This document shows, piece after piece, positions 60,226 through 64,000 of a stretch of 64,000 nt of DNA (position 1 is the first letter of the stretch; the number at the start of each line of letters is the position of its first letter). The translations under genes and the position numbers were made by a program. The notes beneath the pieces were generated by a model that was not told where the DNA came from, ran no database searches, and worked only from the letters and a program-made list of their open reading frames with translations. Source of the DNA: Candidatus Poribacteria bacterium (GTDB lineage Bacteria > Poribacteria > WGA-4E > PCPOR2b); assembly GCA_965218095.1 (NCBI GenBank), contig OZ244587.1, positions 3,040,001 to 3,104,000 on the forward strand, in the 5' to 3' direction.

Positions 60226-62346
60226 ATGAGACAAAGTGACTTTAACCACAAACTCAAAGCCCTGCAGCAGCGGGTGGCTGAACTGCGACAGCGTACAACG
60301 AAGGTCCCCGCGCAGTTGGAACAGTTACTGCCGGAAGCCCTCGATGAATTGCACAACACGCTGGAAGAATTGCATGTCGCTGACGAGGAACTACGCGCGC
60401 AAATGGAGCGCCAGCGTTACCTCGATCTGTTCAAATTCGCCCCGGACGGGTACCTGGTGACCGATGCCGCTGGGACCATCCAGGAAGCCAACCGTGCTGG
60501 AGCGGCCCTGCTCGCTGTGGACACGGATGATCTGGTGGACAAACCGCTGGTCGTCTTCGTCGCCGAAGCAGATCGCCAAACCTTTCATACCCTACTGAAC
60601 CGAATAACGCAGTTACAGCAAGTGCACGAGTGGAACCTACGCCTGCAACCACGGGCAGGAGCGCCTTTCTACGCGGCGATTAAGGTGGCAGCCGTGCGCG
60701 ACCCACATGGGGGGGGGCTTGGTCTCCGCTGGCTGATCCGCGACACCACCGGTTGGGTCGAGACAGTGGATGCGCTGAAGGCCAGTGAAAAAAAATATCG
60801 TCTCCTTTTTGGTGAGTCCAGAGACGCCATCTATATCAACACTAGAGAAGGCAAAATTCTTGATGCCAACCGGGCAGCGTTAGATCTCTTTGGTTATGCC
60901 AGAGAAGAACTGATCGGGATGAACGTCCGGAAGCTCTATGTCCATCCCGAAGATCGAGCGGTGTTTCAGTGGAAGATTGAGCGAAAGGGATCGGTGAGGG
61001 ATTATGAAATGAAACTTCGGAAGAAGGACGGAACGGAGATGGACTGTCTGCTCACTTCAACGGCGCGTCGGGCAGCTGACGAGAGCATTCTGGGATACCA
61101 AGGCATCATCCGCGACATCACCGAGCAGATCAAGGCGGAAAAAGCACTCCATGAAAGCGAGGGGCGATTCCGCCAACTGGCGGAAAACATCCGCGAAGTT
61201 TTTTGGTTGAGTTCTCTCGATAGGAGTGAAGTCTATTTCATCAGTCCCGCGTACGAAGAAATCTGGGGCCGTAGCCGCGAGAATCTGATAGCGCAGCCGG
61301 AATCCTGGTTGGATGCCATCCATCCGGCGGATCGGGATGGCGTCTTTGCCAATTTCGAGAAACAGAAGCGTGGGGAAGTTGTCGAACACGAGTATCGGAT
61401 CGTGCGACCCAACGGGGCGATACGCTGGATTCAGGCGCAGGTCTTTCCGGTCCGGGACGAAGCAGGCGAGATCTACCGCCTCGCGGGAAGCGCCCAAGAC
61501 ATCACCAAGCGAAAACAGGCAGAGGAACTCGCAGAGTTGCAGCAGCAACAGTTGATTCAGGCGGACAAAATGGCGTCACTTGGAATTTTGGTCTCCGGGG
61601 TGGCGCATGAGATTAATAACCCGAATAACTTTATCATGCTCAACGGAGAAATCCTCTCCATGGCCTGGCAGAACGTTATGCCAATCCTCCAAAAATACTA
61701 TCAGGAGAATGGCGACTTCCTTTTGGCGGGTATGCCCTACACCCGGGCGCACGAGAAAATCGGTCAATTGATTTCGGGAATCTCAGAAGGCGCAGCGCGC
61801 ATTGGGAAAATTGTCGAGACCCTCAGAGGTTTTGCGCGTCAGGATACGGGCGATCTAGATCAACAGGTTGACGTTAATTCGGTTATCGAATCTGCAATTG
61901 TCATTGTGAGCAACCTGATCAAGAAATCAACCCATCGTTTTTCTGTTGAGCTGGTGGAAAACTTACCCAAAATTCGGGGAAACCCACAGCAGCTTGAACA
62001 GGTTATCATCAATTTAATCACCAATTCATGCCAGGCCATCCGAGCTCCCCAAAAGCGCCTTGTGGTCTCAACGTCGTATAACAAAAGGTCGGACCGGATT
62101 ATTATCAGAGTTCTTGATGAGGGAGAAGGGATACCTCCTGAAAATTTGAATCATATCATCGAACCCTTTTTTACCACCAAACGGGACGAAGGCGGCACGG
62201 GTTTAGGCCTGTCGGTCTCTTATAATATCGTGAAGAACCATGGGGGAAATCTACATTTCACTTCAAGATTCGGCAAAGGAACGGCAGCCACTATCACACT
62301 GCCTTCTTCTCATCATCTCACTTTTGAAACGGAGGTGAACCCATGA
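60226..62346 (+). CDS. Cytoplasmic multi-PAS sensor histidine kinase
   Basis: Three PAS/PAC units, H-box GVAHEINNP, LEQVIINLITN, DEGEGI, PFFTTK, GTGLGL. Confidence 0.93.
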   Translation: MRQSDFNHKLKALQQRVAELRQRTTKVPAQLEQLLPEALDELHNTLEELHVADEELRAQMERQRYLDLFKFAPDGYLVTDAAGTIQEANRAGAALLAVDTDDLVDKPLVVFVAEADRQTFHTLLNRITQLQQVHEWNLRLQPRAGAPFYAAIKVAAVRDPHGGGLGLRWLIRDTTGWVETVDALKASEKKYRLLFGESRDAIYINTREGKILDANRAALDLFGYAREELIGMNVRKLYVHPEDRAVFQWKIERKGSVRDYEMKLRKKDGTEMDCLLTSTARRAADESILGYQGIIRDITEQIKAEKALHESEGRFRQLAENIREVFWLSSLDRSEVYFISPAYEEIWGRSRENLIAQPESWLDAIHPADRDGVFANFEKQKRGEVVEHEYRIVRPNGAIRWIQAQVFPVRDEAGEIYRLAGSAQDITKRKQAEELAELQQQQLIQADKMASLGILVSGVAHEINNPNNFIMLNGEILSMAWQNVMPILQKYYQENGDFLLAGMPYTRAHEKIGQLISGISEGAARIGKIVETLRGFARQDTGDLDQQVDVNSVIESAIVIVSNLIKKSTHRFSVELVENLPKIRGNPQQLEQVIINLITNSCQAIRAPQKRLVVSTSYNKRSDRIIIRVLDEGEGIPPENLNHIIEPFFTTKRDEGGTGLGLSVSYNIVKNHGGNLHFTSRFGKGTAATITLPSSHHLTFETEVNP

Positions 62347-63782
62347 ATCCGGCCACTTTTCCCACTCTTCCTGTTTTACTGGTGGATGATGAAGCACAGT
62401 TTCTGTTCAGCGCCAGTTTGAGTCTGAGTTCGGAAGGCATTAATAATGTCGTGCAATGTCAAGATAGCCGCGATGTGATGTCGACGCTTTCCGAACAAGA
62501 TTTCTCCGTCGTTGTGCTGGATATGCTGATGCCGTACCTATCGGGCTGGGAGCTGCTCCCGATGATTGTGAGAGATTTCCCAGATCTCCCGGCGATCATC
62601 ATCACGGCGGTCAATGAAGTCAAGACGGCCGTCGAGTGCATGAAACAGGGGACGTTCGATTATCTGGTTAAACCTGTTGACAAAGCACGTTTAGTCACGA
62701 CAGTCAAACGAGCGATAGAGGTCCGGGAATTACGAGATGAGAACCTCCGGCTCAAGAACTACCTGCTCTCCGACAAGCTGGAGCAGCCCAAAGCGTTTTC
62801 CGAAATGATTACCCAGGACCCTGTAATGCGGACTATTTTCCAATATGTCGAGGCGATTGCCGGGAACGCTCTGCCGGTACTGGTTACCGGGGAAACCGGT
62901 GTGGGTAAGGAACTGATTGCCAGAGCAATCCACCAACTCAGTGGTCGAATTGGTGAGTTAATTACCGTCAATGTGGCTGGGCTGGATGACCACCTGTTTT
63001 CAGATACCCTCTTTGGACATAAAAAAGGGGCTTTTACTGGAGCAGATACAGCGCGTAAAGGATTGGTTGAACAAGCGTCGGGTGGCACACTGTTCCTGGA
63101 TGAAATCGGAGACCTCAACATGGAATCGCAGGTCAAGCTGTTGCGCCTTCTGCAGGAAGGAAAGTATTACCCTTTGGGTGAAGATGTGCCGAAAGTGACC
63201 GATGCCAGAATTATCGTTGCAACGAACCGGGAGATTGAATCCTCAATGGAGGCAGGAACGTTTCGTAAAGACCTCTACTATCGACTTCAAACCCATCATA
63301 TTCACCTGCCGCCGCTTCGCGACCGACGCAATGACCTCCCGTTGCTGGTCGAACGCTTCCTTGAAAAAGCGGCGGAGCAACTTGGTAAAAACAAGCCTAC
63401 GCCGCCCACGGAACTCTTTACGTTGCTTAGGACCTATCACTTTCCCGGAAATATCAGGGAGCTTGAGAGCATGATTTTTGATGCCGTTAGCAGACACAAG
63501 GGAGGCGTTCTCTCCATGGAATCTTTCAGGGGCAAAATCGGTCAGAAGTCCCCTACGCATCACACAGGTGAAGCGGAGAGCGGGGGAGACAAACAACCTT
63601 TATTCACAGAGCTATTACCGACTTTGGATCAATTGCCCGCCTTGAAAGATGCTGAACAACTGCTGATTGCAGAAGCCCTCAAGCGTTCCGACGGAAACCA
63701 GACGATTGCCGCCCAACTTTTGGGCATGTCGAGACAGGCATTGCACAATCGTTTGCGTCGATCTCGTCAGTCTCCAGCGTAG
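62343..63782 (+). CDS. Sigma54-dependent NtrC-family response regulator
   Basis: Receiver VDDE...D, GETGVGKE, GAFTGA, FLDEIGD, PGNIREL, Fis HTH. Confidence 0.94.
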   Translation: MNPATFPTLPVLLVDDEAQFLFSASLSLSSEGINNVVQCQDSRDVMSTLSEQDFSVVVLDMLMPYLSGWELLPMIVRDFPDLPAIIITAVNEVKTAVECMKQGTFDYLVKPVDKARLVTTVKRAIEVRELRDENLRLKNYLLSDKLEQPKAFSEMITQDPVMRTIFQYVEAIAGNALPVLVTGETGVGKELIARAIHQLSGRIGELITVNVAGLDDHLFSDTLFGHKKGAFTGADTARKGLVEQASGGTLFLDEIGDLNMESQVKLLRLLQEGKYYPLGEDVPKVTDARIIVATNREIESSMEAGTFRKDLYYRLQTHHIHLPPLRDRRNDLPLLVERFLEKAAEQLGKNKPTPPTELFTLLRTYHFPGNIRELESMIFDAVSRHKGGVLSMESFRGKIGQKSPTHHTGEAESGGDKQPLFTELLPTLDQLPALKDAEQLLIAEALKRSDGNQTIAAQLLGMSRQALHNRLRRSRQSPA

Positions 63783-64000
63783 CGAGATCCCGCCAAGCGG
63801 GGTGGGCCAATGGCTGATTTTAGCCAACTACACCCACTGCATTCCCCAACCCTTCTACCCGATATTCTCTATCTCTCAAAGGGATGACACATCTGTTTCT
63901 TTGGGAAACATTTGTTTCCATCCCCCCAATCCTTGCTTTGAGAAGGGTTCGCGAGACCTCCACCCTAAACTGTCCCTCCATCCGTGTCACCCCTTTTAGT

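Noticed and set aside
63790-63830. Sigma54 -24/-12 promoter downstream of the NtrC gene
   Set aside because: GG-to-GC spacing in TGGCTGATTTTAGC is 9 nt, not the required 10.

Overview
Bacterial chromosomal segment, almost all on the + strand. Gene content suggests a Poribacteria-like organism (three PhyH-family dioxygenases, protease-TPR and HEAT-repeat proteins, many short intergenic repeats); this taxonomy is inference only. The housekeeping backbone is sbcDC, a RibD-C reductase, phoH-ybeY-corC, tRNA-Pro, recO, fused glyQS, hsp20-lon, a fused OppD/F ATPase, mutL, a ppiD-like gene, an aminotransferase and a PAS kinase/NtrC pair. Two regions stand out. (1) At 20.4-21.0 kb an intact tRNA-Pro(CGG) is flanked by two tRNA-Pro-like copies whose anticodon arm is replaced by a TTCCGA(T)..(A)TCGGAA hairpin. 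A small frameshifted GIY-YIG nuclease gene, absent from the ORF track, lies between the first copy and the intact tRNA and ends inside that tRNA. (2) A ~13.3 kb defence island between recO and glyQS is bounded by inverted copies of a MITE. It holds type III R-M res and mod separated by a RelE-type TA pair and an unknown gene, a candidate two-gene defence module enclosed by duplicated mod 3' tails, and a Cre-like recombinase. Several palindromic repeats and one small domain appear inserted in-frame into proteins (Res, GlyQS, HEAT lipoprotein). All family assignments come from motif recognition by eye; no searches were run.
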